From Candidatus Atabeyarchaeum deiterrae (GTDB taxonomy: Archaea > Asgardarchaeota > Atabeyarchaeia > Atabeyarchaeales > Atabeyarchaeaceae): DNA of 64,000 nt. The DNA is taken from NCBI GenBank assembly GCA_037310415.1, contig CP147780.1, positions 2,592,001 to 2,656,000 of the forward strand. Direction: 5' to 3'. Below are positions 19,503 to 29,389 of this stretch, in pieces; the first letter of the stretch is position 1, and each line of letters begins with the position of its first letter. The translations under genes and the position numbers were made by a program. The notes beneath the pieces were generated by a model. The model was not told the DNA's origin. It ran no database searches and was given only the letters and a program-made list of their open reading frames with translations.

Positions 19503-20486
19503 CTACATAACGCAGCATGTCTGATGTCTGTCAAAGTGGTACTCTTTCTCAAGTCTTCGCAGGCTTGCTGGAGTCGGGACCACTATTCTATTGGCTCCAG
19601 CCAAGATAGCTAGATAGTCCATTTCGTTTCTGATTACCCCCGAGGGTCGCATGCATCCAAGTGATATTGATATCTTGGGCATCATAAGCCTGGATACCGC
19701 TATTACTTTCGCGACAGTTAGTGCGGATGGTGGCTTGACATCTTGCATTTGAGTTCCTTTAGTGGGATTGAGGGCTATGAACGTCAGATTCGTAAGCTCG
19801 TTGTCTCTTACGATCTTCAGAGCTCTGCCCTCGCCCTTCAGTTCGCCGTAGTGAAGACCTATGCAGATGTGAGGTGCTATATTCTTCATGTTTTCGGATT
19901 TCAACAGTCTCAGGGTCTGAGCATAGTCCTCGACAGTCTTGTCTAGCCCGTACACGTTTCGGATGGTGTCATTGCTTCCGACTACATCAATGGATATTGC
20001 GTCGATGCCCATCGCGACCAACTTTTTGATCACTTCTTCCGATATGAACCCCGTATGAATATTGATGGCAAGTTTTGTTCTTCTTTTGATCTCCTGCAGA
20101 GCAGGAAGGAATTCCCTAACCGGCAGAGCCGCCTCAGGTGTGAATCCACCACTGATCAAACAGCCTAGGGCTCCTTCATTGCCAAGTTTTATGCACAGAT
20201 CGACAAGTTTTTGTGGCACTTCGGCTGGGATCATGCTCTCGACATAGTGCCGATTACAGTGCTTGCATTTCAAATAGCATTCTCTTCCAGTTATGGAGAT
20301 TGATGGAAAAAGCCTTCCAGGGTAATAGCAGTGAACTTCTTTGCCTAGATTACGCTGCGTTGCTGACTTGGAGATCTCAATGAGTTCCATCACCTTGCTG
20401 TCTTCTAGGTTCAGTAGTTCATCGATCTCGTCATCAGATGGGCTTCTATTCAAGAATTCATGGAGAGATCTGATCATCAAAATCAC
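19503..20486 (-). CDS. lipS1: Radical SAM lipoyl synthase component, LipS1-type
   Basis: CxxxCxxC (CYLKCKHC), GCMR and C-terminal CC motifs; adjacent to the LipS2-type gene. Confidence 0.75.
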   Translation of the reverse strand: MILMIRSLHEFLNRSPSDDEIDELLNLEDSKVMELIEISKSATQRNLGKEVHCYYPGRLFPSISITGRECYLKCKHCNRHYVESMIPAEVPQKLVDLCIKLGNEGALGCLISGGFTPEAALPVREFLPALQEIKRRTKLAINIHTGFISEEVIKKLVAMGIDAISIDVVGSNDTIRNVYGLDKTVEDYAQTLRLLKSENMKNIAPHICIGLHYGELKGEGRALKIVRDNELTNLTFIALNPTKGTQMQDVKPPSALTVAKVIAVSRLMMPKISISLGCMRPSGVIRNEMDYLAILAGANRIVVPTPASLRRLEKEYHFDRHQTCCVM

Positions 20487-20495
20487 GCACCTGGG

Positions 20496-21506
20496 TTACT
20501 TCGTCAGTTCGTCAAGGGCTTTTCTTATCTCGCTGTTACTTAGGCGCCTCGGATAGTTATAGATGGGACCCATTGGGCTTTCAGTGTAGAATGGTCTGTT
20601 ACAGTTCGGACAACCGGCCGTCATGAATGGGTCGCCGAGCGATGTGAATCTATCAATGTTCTCCTGGCTTACGCCGAAATCTACGATTTTTCCTTCACTA
20701 TTGAACCTCATGGATTGCGCCGAGGAGGCTCCCTGTAGTATGACGTACCTGGCAAGCTGTACTCTTCTATACTGGTCAATCCCTGGGCGCTTGTGGTCGC
20801 CAAGTTTGGTTCCTTTGATAGGTGTGAAGGCGAATAGACTAGGATTCACACCTATGTCGTATAGCTTCTGGATGATATTTACGGCGTCCTGCTCAGTTTC
20901 ACCTAGACCTATTATGATGTGAGTGCTAACCTTGTTGGCGCCGAAGACATCTAAGGCTTCCTTCAGTGATTCAATATGAGTCTGCCAGTGATACGGGCCC
21001 TTCACCGCGCTTCCCTTGATGCTGTCGAATATTTGTTGAGTTGCCCCATCAATTGGCAATCCAATTCTCTCAACACCGAGTTGCTTCAGTGTCTCCATCT
21101 TTTCCCTTGGTACCGGTGGGCATGAAATCGAAATAGGAACGCTTACCTTCGAGAGAATGGAGGAAGCTATCTCCGAAATATCCTTTGCGAAGCCGGGAAA
21201 GTTGAGTGACTGCATGCAGACCCTGCGTAGCTTTTTTTCCCGGACTTTGGTCGCAATTCTCTCAACGACCAAGGCTAAGGGGAAGGCTGGCCAGACAACC
21301 CTCGACAAAAGCTCTTTGCTTGAAGAGCTCTGTCTTGCCTGAGGACAGAAGGCGCAATTTGCTCTACAGTTTCTTTGGGTGTATGTCATCAGATAAGCCG
21401 TAGTAGGCTCCGCATCTGAATGTAGTTTCAGGAGACCTAGAACGCCTGCTGTGCCAATAGATACTCTTATCTTCTTCACTCGTGGCGAAGTCTCCCTGTT
21501 GTTCAT
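20496..21506 (-). CDS. lipS2: Radical SAM lipoyl synthase component, LipS2-type
   Basis: CRANCAFC and TAGCPNCNRP (TxGCPxCNRP) motif. Confidence 0.75.
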   Translation of the reverse strand: MNNRETSPRVKKIRVSIGTAGVLGLLKLHSDAEPTTAYLMTYTQRNCRANCAFCPQARQSSSSKELLSRVVWPAFPLALVVERIATKVREKKLRRVCMQSLNFPGFAKDISEIASSILSKVSVPISISCPPVPREKMETLKQLGVERIGLPIDGATQQIFDSIKGSAVKGPYHWQTHIESLKEALDVFGANKVSTHIIIGLGETEQDAVNIIQKLYDIGVNPSLFAFTPIKGTKLGDHKRPGIDQYRRVQLARYVILQGASSAQSMRFNSEGKIVDFGVSQENIDRFTSLGDPFMTAGCPNCNRPFYTESPMGPIYNYPRRLSNSEIRKALDELTK

Positions 21507-21595
21507 ATTTCGTCCTCATCTCTCTCTTGATTATCTAGCCACGAGAAGGATCTAGATTGGAAGGATAAAGGTCTTCAGTCCATCTCTTTGCTACA

Positions 21596-22921
21596 CTACA
21601 TTGGAGGAGATTTGTCTAATTCCTCCTCATCTTCCCCGCCATCTACTTCGCCTTCACAGTCTTGAGTGCTGGTGCCAACAGGATCGTCGATGGCGGTTGC
21701 CGCTGGATTATTAGAAGAACCAAGATCGCCGGTATCCGTTACAACCTTTTCGACTGGCATCTCCTGTACAGTGCCAGTTACCATCTTTATGGGTTCTTTC
21801 TTGAGTGACGTGCTCTTCAGAACCGTTAGAACCTTGTTCACTAAGTCATCTACGCCTTTGCGCTTCTTCGCAGATATACTCGCCCAATCATGCTGGCCAA
21901 GAATAGGCTCAAGCTTTGAGATGATTTTGTCAAATGCTGCATCATCGACGAGGTCACTTTTGTTTAGGACTATTAGTATCCTGCTGATTTCTACTCCGAT
22001 CTCCTTGAGAAGATGTAACCCAAACTTGAGCTTGTGAAACAAGAAATCCGGATCGTCATCTATTCCTAACATGAAGAGAAGCAAGTCGGCTTCATTCATG
22101 TCTATCAGGTTTAGCTCAAACGACTTGATGAGAGCCGGGTTAAGCCCAATGACAAATCCAATTGTATCGATTAGTAAAGGGTTGTCATCGCTGTTCGATT
22201 GAAGCCTCTGGTACTTGCTAGAGAGTGTTTTGAAAGGTCTGTCGCCGACGAGCTTATTCTCGCCCGTTAGCTGGTTAAAAAGTGTAGTCTTCCCCGCGTT
22301 GTAGTACCCGGCGATACAGACAATCTTGGCACCGAGTTTGCGGCGCTCCTGTACCTGTCGCATCTTCTCCTCGGCAAGTGATGAAATCTCACGTTTTAAC
22401 TTGCCTATCCTTTTCTGAATTCCTTTAACCTTGCTGTGAAAAGCAAACTCTCCGGTTCCAGCCCAAGAAGGCTGTCTCTCAAGTCCTGAATACTTTGCCG
22501 AAGCCTGCAACTGAAAGAATGGGTAAAGTTTGCGGGTCCGTGCAAGCTCGATCTGTAGTTTAGAAATTCTGTCCGAAGCCATCTCTTCGAATATTCTCAA
22601 CGTGAGTTCGTATCGATCTATGACTTCACAGTTGAATGCAACTGAGAGATTCAATTTCTGCTTGGAGGTCAACTCATTGTACATGACTACTAGTTCCACA
22701 TCTTTGCTGCTCACAATCTCACTGATCTCGTCAACCTTACCTGAACCGATCAAGTAATGACCTTTTCTTCTGGATTCAGTCTGAGTGAACCGCTCTACAA
22801 CTTCATAGCCTAGTGCTTTTGTCAGCGCTTCAAGCTCCTTAAGCTCCAGTCTGAATAGAACATGGTCGTGAGGGTCTTCCTTAAGCATTCCCAATATTGC
22901 GCGTTTGCTCAAGTTCAGCAA
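21596..22921 (-). CDS. hflX: HflX-family GTPase with acidic C-terminal tail
   Basis: IGSGKVDEI, VIDRYELTLRIF, KLQIELA, G1 GYYNAGKT, DTIGF, NKSD, ISAKK. Confidence 0.85.
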   Translation of the reverse strand: MLNLSKRAILGMLKEDPHDHVLFRLELKELEALTKALGYEVVERFTQTESRRKGHYLIGSGKVDEISEIVSSKDVELVVMYNELTSKQKLNLSVAFNCEVIDRYELTLRIFEEMASDRISKLQIELARTRKLYPFFQLQASAKYSGLERQPSWAGTGEFAFHSKVKGIQKRIGKLKREISSLAEEKMRQVQERRKLGAKIVCIAGYYNAGKTTLFNQLTGENKLVGDRPFKTLSSKYQRLQSNSDDNPLLIDTIGFVIGLNPALIKSFELNLIDMNEADLLLFMLGIDDDPDFLFHKLKFGLHLLKEIGVEISRILIVLNKSDLVDDAAFDKIISKLEPILGQHDWASISAKKRKGVDDLVNKVLTVLKSTSLKKEPIKMVTGTVQEMPVEKVVTDTGDLGSSNNPAATAIDDPVGTSTQDCEGEVDGGEDEEELDKSPPM

Positions 22922-23219
22922 TACATCTCCTTGATTAAGCAGGCATTATCACCATAATAGTAAAGATCACAAAGCCCAACAAGAAGCAGTCAGGACTATT
23001 GGACTTCGATTTATCTGAACAACAGAATGCACCGTTATAGTTAGTCACACTCTCAGAAGGCAAAGTATGCTTAAATACGTTGGTATCGACATATGTTTCA
23101 ATTCATCAGTTTGGCAGGAGGACCCACAGGTCAGGGCATCTGACTCATCAAAGCATCAGTCGACATATTATGAACTGGATTAACGCGTCATTACTGCTTG
23201 CGAAGGTGAACTGTGAACA

Positions 23220-24062
23220 TTGTCAGTGATTGTCACTTCGAAACTAGACTCGGCCAGCATGAACATCCATAAGCAGTTAACTAAATATCTTGGGTTCAGA
23301 AAGAGACCAGACGGGCTGCAGTTTGACGGTAGCTCAGTCTACATGAGCGGTGACATTCTTCTCGTAACCTCTGAAAGAGAGCTTGTGAACTCAGAACATA
23401 TTGACCAGTCTTTCAAGACAGATCTCCTGATATTCGCAAGTCGCCACAGGTCAGAAGCAGGCAAGCCAGCACTTCTTGTTCATTGCACTGGGAACTGGAC
23501 GGGGCAAGCTGACCTTGGAGGAGAACCTTGCGAGCTAGCCATAGCTCCAGCGTCAGCTATGAGGGAAGCGCTCCGCGAGCTTGCCAAGCAGAAGGATGAA
23601 CTTGCGCTTGACAATTATGAGGTCACAATGGAGTGTACCCACCACGGACCCACCTCGATGTCGACTCCCCTTCTATTTGTTGAGTTAGGGAGCGATGAGA
23701 AACATTGGGCTGATGAGTTGGCAGCTCGAGCAGTGGCTAATACCGTGTACAAGGTAGCTAAGGGTGTAGAGAGAGCTAAGACAGCATTGGGAATTGGTGG
23801 ACCCCATTACGCACCGAATTTCACGAAGATAATTCTCTCATCAAACAATATTGCAGCGGGGCACATTATACCTAACTACGTGCTCCATGACATGAGGAAA
23901 GACATGGTGCAAAAGGCAATAGCACGAACTCTGGAGAAAGTGGAACTAATTCTGCTGGACTGGAAGGGGCTGCGGGGCGAACACCGGGAGTTGGCCAGAG
24001 ACATCGCAGACGAGCTCGGCGTAGAAACTATGAAGACACATGATATCATGAAGAACAGTTAA
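23220..24062 (+). CDS. dtdA: Archaeal D-aminoacyl-tRNA deacylase
   Basis: S..D.ASMNI, FASRHRS, VHCTGN, ECTHHGPT, FVELGS, GIGGPHYAP. Confidence 0.92.
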   Translation: MSVIVTSKLDSASMNIHKQLTKYLGFRKRPDGLQFDGSSVYMSGDILLVTSERELVNSEHIDQSFKTDLLIFASRHRSEAGKPALLVHCTGNWTGQADLGGEPCELAIAPASAMREALRELAKQKDELALDNYEVTMECTHHGPTSMSTPLLFVELGSDEKHWADELAARAVANTVYKVAKGVERAKTALGIGGPHYAPNFTKIILSSNNIAAGHIIPNYVLHDMRKDMVQKAIARTLEKVELILLDWKGLRGEHRELARDIADELGVETMKTHDIMKNS

Positions 24063-24146
24063 GAGAGCCAAGACACTACGTAGCTTTAACTACCCCAGTG
24101 TAAAAGTGCATCATCCTCACATCACCCGAAATGACCCCACAAGGAG

Positions 24147-24983
24147 ATGGTAGACGTGGCGAAAGTCAAAGTTTCCATAACAAGATCCGAGGATCCCGAA
24201 CGATCAATTCTGAGGGGCATCAAGCTAATCGGGGGAATAGATGACTTAGATCGTCCTGGCTACCAAGTTATCATCAAACCAGGCATTTTTGATCCAAGTC
24301 GCCCTCCCTACACTGAGGTCAAGATAGCTGAAGCAACCGCAACCTTGTTTCATAAGACCAAGGACATCTCTTTCGCAGAAAGTGATAATCATCTCAGAAC
24401 AGGTATTGAAGCCTTGAAGACTGTAGGTTATGATCGAATAATCAGAACTGGGTTAGTCAATCTGAGCAGCAACCTGACACAGCACAAGAGAACTCGGTTA
24501 ACCCTACTAAAGCAACAGACGTTCTCGAAGATCCTGCTTAACACGGACGTGCTGGTGAACCTGGCGACGATGAAAACTGAAAAAAAGGTTGGAAGAATAA
24601 GCATAGGTGTAAATAACCTATTCGGGCTAATACCAGACAGGATGAAGTCTCGTTTTCATCCTGATCTTGATGATGTACTCTTAGAGTTGCTCAAGATCAT
24701 TAAACCAAGCCTCACAATCGTTGATGCAACCAAAGTGTACTTGGGTTCTTATCCAAGTTACAAATCCGTAGACGCGGGTCTAATAATAGCTGGGAGAGAT
24801 GTGATTGCAGTAGACGCGGTTTGCTGTAAGATTCTTGGCATCAATCCAAGTAGTGTGAGGTATCTATCTCTTGCAGCAGGCGCAAGAAAGGGAACAATGG
24901 ATCTCAATGAGATCGATGTTCTCGGCTTAAAACTGACTGAGGCGAGAGAACTATTCCTGTCAGGAGAGAAAAAGCCCAACTGA
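24147..24983 (+). CDS. DUF362 family protein
   Basis: VIIKP, D..VNL..MK, NLFG, P.LTIVDA, AG.D.IAVDAV. Confidence 0.75.
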   Translation: MVDVAKVKVSITRSEDPERSILRGIKLIGGIDDLDRPGYQVIIKPGIFDPSRPPYTEVKIAEATATLFHKTKDISFAESDNHLRTGIEALKTVGYDRIIRTGLVNLSSNLTQHKRTRLTLLKQQTFSKILLNTDVLVNLATMKTEKKVGRISIGVNNLFGLIPDRMKSRFHPDLDDVLLELLKIIKPSLTIVDATKVYLGSYPSYKSVDAGLIIAGRDVIAVDAVCCKILGINPSSVRYLSLAAGARKGTMDLNEIDVLGLKLTEARELFLSGEKKPN

Positions 24984-24999
24984 ACAGGACAGCAGTCTT

Positions 25000-25155
25000 C
25001 TACTCTTCAGATGACTTCTCAAAGAATACGAGGCCACATTTCGGACAACTGTATGTGGTGGTCTTCATTCCTCTTGTTCTTCCAAGTGGGAGGACGGTCG
25101 GTCCCAAATCAGCGCTTTCCGCTTTGCAGCGCGGACATATGCCTTTCTTCTCCAA
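25000..25155 (-). CDS. Small CPxC/CPxCG zinc-finger protein (51 aa, not in ORF track)
   Basis: Manual translation MEKKGICPRCKAESADLGPTVLPLGRTRGMKTTTYSCPKCGLVFFEKSSEE*; TTG start preceded by GGAGGTGA. Confidence 0.8.
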   Translation of the reverse strand: MEKKGICPRCKAESADLGPTVLPLGRTRGMKTTTYSCPKCGLVFFEKSSEE

Positions 25156-25267
25156 TCCCTCTCACCTCCAACCCATTCATTTAAACCGATTAAATGGGCT
25201 AAGCAGGAATAGTGTTGGGAACCAATTCACGTCAGTAGGTTCCCGAACCGATGACTTGCCAGTTCCT

Positions 25268-26422
25268 TCATGCCTTTTTCGGCTTTGCTCCCAGTTTCCC
25301 TAGAACGGATTTGATTCCGTTGAGAGTCACGTTTACCTCATTCATGGTGCACGTCCCCATCGTTCCGACTCTGAAGATCTTGCCTTTTGTTTCACCCATT
25401 CCGCCAGCTATCACGATTCCTGTATCCTCAAGCAGCTTCTTTATCATGTCCGCAACGGGCAAACCCTGCGGTCCAAATGACGCTGTCACTGTGTTTGAAG
25501 AATATTGTTCCTCTTTTGGAAATAGCTTCAGTCCAAGTTGCTTTAGTCCCTCTCGCATTGCTTTCGCGCAGTCTGCATGTCTCTTTATCCTTTTATCGTA
25601 TCCTTCCTCCTTGAGCATCTTGAGAGCCTCTTGTAGCGCGTAGAATAGAGGAACTGCTGGCGTGAATGGAGTCTGGTTCTTCTTGTGGAATTCTCTGATT
25701 TTTGAGAGATCAAAGTAAATTGTCTCAACCTTTTCTTTCCTTTTTTCAACTTTGCTCCAAGCGTCTGCCCCTAGAGATATAAACGATAGTCCAGGCGGAC
25801 ATGCTAGGCATTTCTGTGATCCTGTTACAACCACGTCAACATTCCAATTGTCCATGTGCAGGTAGTCGCCACCAAGATTCGAGATTGCATCAATCATGAC
25901 TAGGACATCATGTTCTCTGGCTATTCTCGTTAGCTCCTCAGCGGGGTTTCTAATGCCGCAAGCAGTCTCATTGTACACGAACGCAATCATCTTTGCATCG
26001 TCATTTTCGTGTAGCACTTCTTCAACAGCATTTGGCTCGATTTGTGTTCCAAGCTCAAATTTGGGATTTACAACTTGGGCTCCAGCTTTCTCAATCGCTT
26101 CGGCCAATCGCTCACTGAACTCCCCGTTCGTCGGTACGATGACCTTGTCTCCTTTCTCAACGACGTTTAGGGCGGCACACTCCACTGCTCCCGTTCCGGA
26201 CGCGGTCAATGGGTAGACGTCATTTTTCTGAGTCTGGAATAAGTACTTGAGTCCTTCGGCTATCTCGACGTAAAGCTTCTCAAACTCAGCGCCCCTGTGG
26301 TTAATCACCGGTTTAGACATAACTTTGAGTATTCTTTCAGGAACTTGGGTAGGACCAGGCAACATAATCAATTTCTCTGGCATACGATGAAACACAGCTC
26401 CCTTTCCTTTTTCAGTTACCAT
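25268..26422 (-). CDS. Class V PLP aminotransferase (alanine-glyoxylate/serine-pyruvate type)
   Basis: MLPGPT, ASGTGA, NETACG, IDAIS, TGSQKCL (PLP Lys), QTPFTP. Confidence 0.9.
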   Translation of the reverse strand: MVTEKGKGAVFHRMPEKLIMLPGPTQVPERILKVMSKPVINHRGAEFEKLYVEIAEGLKYLFQTQKNDVYPLTASGTGAVECAALNVVEKGDKVIVPTNGEFSERLAEAIEKAGAQVVNPKFELGTQIEPNAVEEVLHENDDAKMIAFVYNETACGIRNPAEELTRIAREHDVLVMIDAISNLGGDYLHMDNWNVDVVVTGSQKCLACPPGLSFISLGADAWSKVEKRKEKVETIYFDLSKIREFHKKNQTPFTPAVPLFYALQEALKMLKEEGYDKRIKRHADCAKAMREGLKQLGLKLFPKEEQYSSNTVTASFGPQGLPVADMIKKLLEDTGIVIAGGMGETKGKIFRVGTMGTCTMNEVNVTLNGIKSVLGKLGAKPKKA

Positions 26423-26505
26423 CTCAATTCTATATTTTACTATTATCCCCAGTGGTAGGGATAATTGGTGAGTTCGATATATTGTTATCTTTGGGGATTG
26501 TGTTA

Positions 26506-27876
26506 TTATTTCCCAGCCACTTGAACGTTATCGAACCTAATATAAGGCGACACACAAGAAAACGCTGATGCCCCAGACTCTATTTCTGCCGATTTGGAAA
26601 TCCCTGAAATGTTCTTGATCAAGTCAAATACTTTGCCCGCAACCAAGCCGCCTTTTACCGCCTGCTTCACTTCACCATTCTCTATGAGGTACGCGTTTCT
26701 TACCTCTGAGCTGAATCCCGACGAATACGGATCAGGGTTGAGCCAGCTGAATTGCTCAATCAACAGACCTTTTTCGACCTCTCCAATCAACTCATCGTAG
26801 CTTTGCTTGCCTGGAGTTATAGAGATGTTCGTTGGTGAGCCGATCACAGCGAGATTGAACTTGCTTAGAGGGTTTACCATGCCGCCTATAGGCTTGACGC
26901 CATTTCCTGTCGGTTTCTCTTTGAGCATCAACGCGTATTTCTGATCGTAAAGGAAGCTCTTGAAAACTCCTTTCTCGATTATTCGTGTCCTTTGCTGCGG
27001 GTTTCCTTCATCGTCGAAGCAAGCAGAAGATAGCCCGTAGTCTAAGAGTCCGTCATCCGATATTGAAAGATCTTCGGATGCTACTGACTGATCTTTTTTG
27101 AATAACGATTGATTCTTGAATTTTTGTTCCGCTCGTGCATGTGTCCCGACTGTGGGGACAATCGCGTCACATAGGGACTCAGGATTCAATATTACGGTCA
27201 TCTTTCCCGTAGGAGCCATCTGGGCTTGCAGCGTGTCCCTCGCGAGCTTGGTCCAGTGTGGCAGGATATCCTCAACTTTTAAGCCGTCAATTCTACGCCT
27301 ATACTTTCTGGGCCAAAACTCGGCAAGCTTTGCGCCGTCGGAGACCTTTAATGCCAGCTCAAGATAAAAGTATGTTTCAGTCTTCCTCTTGCTCATCCCA
27401 GCGCTATTCTCTATGCTTGTTTCAAAGAAATATGTTCTGATTTTTCCGAATGTGGGCTTTACAGGTATGCTTGACTGAGCCTCGGTCTTCAGGTTGTTAA
27501 GAAGAGACTCCGTGTAGCTCCCAATTGCTTCAGAAGCGCTGTCTCTGATTGTGTTATCAACAGTCGCGACCTGCGTATCAGGTTTTTGTGTGGGGAATTC
27601 ATACTTCATTTCCTGCCTGTTTAGTGTTGAGAAGAACTTTGCGTTGTGGATGCAAGTCTGTAATTTCGTTTCATCTGAGCATGATGCTAATCCAATGCCA
27701 ATTCGCTCGCCCTCTCTCGAAAGCACTCTGACGGCGTAACCTACAGCTTTGACGGGTTCACGGACTATTTCTACGTCAAATCCGCGCAACTGAATCTCAT
27801 TCACAGTTCCTTTGAGACAGTAGATATCGTACTCAGTGATTTTCTCTTTCTTGAACAGACGGTCATATTGGATCAT
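26506..27876 (-). CDS. TldE/PmbA family protein
   Basis: FDDEG, IEKG..FLYD, PTGN, AYLIENGE; no HExxxH. Confidence 0.82.
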   Translation of the reverse strand: MIQYDRLFKKEKITEYDIYCLKGTVNEIQLRGFDVEIVREPVKAVGYAVRVLSREGERIGIGLASCSDETKLQTCIHNAKFFSTLNRQEMKYEFPTQKPDTQVATVDNTIRDSASEAIGSYTESLLNNLKTEAQSSIPVKPTFGKIRTYFFETSIENSAGMSKRKTETYFYLELALKVSDGAKLAEFWPRKYRRRIDGLKVEDILPHWTKLARDTLQAQMAPTGKMTVILNPESLCDAIVPTVGTHARAEQKFKNQSLFKKDQSVASEDLSISDDGLLDYGLSSACFDDEGNPQQRTRIIEKGVFKSFLYDQKYALMLKEKPTGNGVKPIGGMVNPLSKFNLAVIGSPTNISITPGKQSYDELIGEVEKGLLIEQFSWLNPDPYSSGFSSEVRNAYLIENGEVKQAVKGGLVAGKVFDLIKNISGISKSAEIESGASAFSCVSPYIRFDNVQVAGK

Positions 27877-27882
27877 TGACGT

Positions 27883-29292
27883 TCACCCTCCTGACACGAT
27901 GGCTTTCTTGATCCTTAGATAACCTCCTCCGTCGCCAGCTGGCACGAAATCTTCGCTGCCCTTTCCGCATGTTCCAGGACCTAGCTTGAAGTCATTGCCT
28001 ACTCCGTCAATGTTTTTCAATAGATCTAGTACGCTTCCTGCGAGTGCCACTTCAGTTAGGGGCGTGGTGAGTTTCCCTTTCTCTATCATGTATCCTTTGT
28101 TTGATGTGCATTGTATTCCTCCCCCCAGAGGATCTTCCATTCCAAAGGACGAATTAACAAGCATGACACCACGCTTAACTGGTTCTAAGAGTTCCTCGAG
28201 TGACAAGTCTCCGGGAGCGAAGTACGTATTCGTCATCCTCACGAAGTGTTTGGCTAGGAAACTTTCGACTCTGCAGTTACTCGTTGGTTCTGCTTCCAGC
28301 GTTGATGCTGTTAGCCTGTCATGCAGGAAACCTTTCAGGACACCCTTTTCAAGCAAGACATTCTCTCTGGCCGGGATACCTTCGTCGTCAAAAACATATG
28401 ACCCCCAACCCTGAGGAACTATGGATGAATCGATGATGGTCGACTCGTCAGATGCCACTTTTTTGCCTACAAGTGATTTCAGGTATGAGCGGTCTCTCAT
28501 GACCTGGTCGGCTTCCAAACCATGCCCGAAGGATTCATGAGCTATTAGACCAGCCATGTGCTGGTCCAACACGACGGCTAACGCACCACTCGGAGGGGTC
28601 TCAGCTCCCAGCAACTCAAGTGACGACATCACAGTTTCCTGAGCCAGATCATTAAAATCAGTTTCTTCAACTAGCTCATATCCTCCAGTCCGACCTATCG
28701 ACCGGTAGTCAGCCCTGATCTTGTCTCCTTCTCTTGCAATTGGAACTATAAGTATACCTGTTCTGGTGACGACCTGTCTCATCAATGAACCTTCAGAATT
28801 AACAAACACTCGTTCAATCTGGGAATCGGTATGTCTTGTGCGAACGTTGATAATCCTTTCATCTATCTGCGCCGCAGCCTTGTTCAGCTTTCGGACATTA
28901 TCAAGTTTCTCTTCGAGTGGAACTTTGGTTGGATCCTTCTTAACTGGGAGTTCCTTGTTGATCTTCTGAGCCTTCTGCTTCTTGAGTTTGGTTGGAGATT
29001 TGGGTTTGCGTGTCGGTTTGATGAGTTTATTCGCCATTTCAGAGATGGCTTTCTTACTGACATCATATGAACTCGATGAGAACCATACACCGTCTTTGAA
29101 TGCGCGTATAAGAACACCTGTAAGCTCTGGTGTAGATATTTGTTCATCCACCTTGTCTTTCACGATGACGCATGATGACTGAGCATCGTACAAAGCATCC
29201 CAGTACTCGACTTTGCCATCAAGAATATTGCCAATACCCCCGAGAAGATCGTACATTCCTACAGTTCTTGAGCTCTTACTCATTGGAAACAC
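27883..29292 (-). CDS. tldD: TldD metalloprotease
   Basis: HESFGHGLEAD, FDDEG, RMTNT, CGKG. Confidence 0.9.
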   Translation of the reverse strand: MFPMSKSSRTVGMYDLLGGIGNILDGKVEYWDALYDAQSSCVIVKDKVDEQISTPELTGVLIRAFKDGVWFSSSSYDVSKKAISEMANKLIKPTRKPKSPTKLKKQKAQKINKELPVKKDPTKVPLEEKLDNVRKLNKAAAQIDERIINVRTRHTDSQIERVFVNSEGSLMRQVVTRTGILIVPIAREGDKIRADYRSIGRTGGYELVEETDFNDLAQETVMSSLELLGAETPPSGALAVVLDQHMAGLIAHESFGHGLEADQVMRDRSYLKSLVGKKVASDESTIIDSSIVPQGWGSYVFDDEGIPARENVLLEKGVLKGFLHDRLTASTLEAEPTSNCRVESFLAKHFVRMTNTYFAPGDLSLEELLEPVKRGVMLVNSSFGMEDPLGGGIQCTSNKGYMIEKGKLTTPLTEVALAGSVLDLLKNIDGVGNDFKLGPGTCGKGSEDFVPAGDGGGYLRIKKAIVSGG

Positions 29293-29389
29293 ACACTCTC
29301 TGAAGATGTATCAATATGAAATTGATGATTGTCATCCAGTGGGCGGTAGGTTGTAGCTCATTTCAATACTTAACCGTTTTCTGTTCTCG

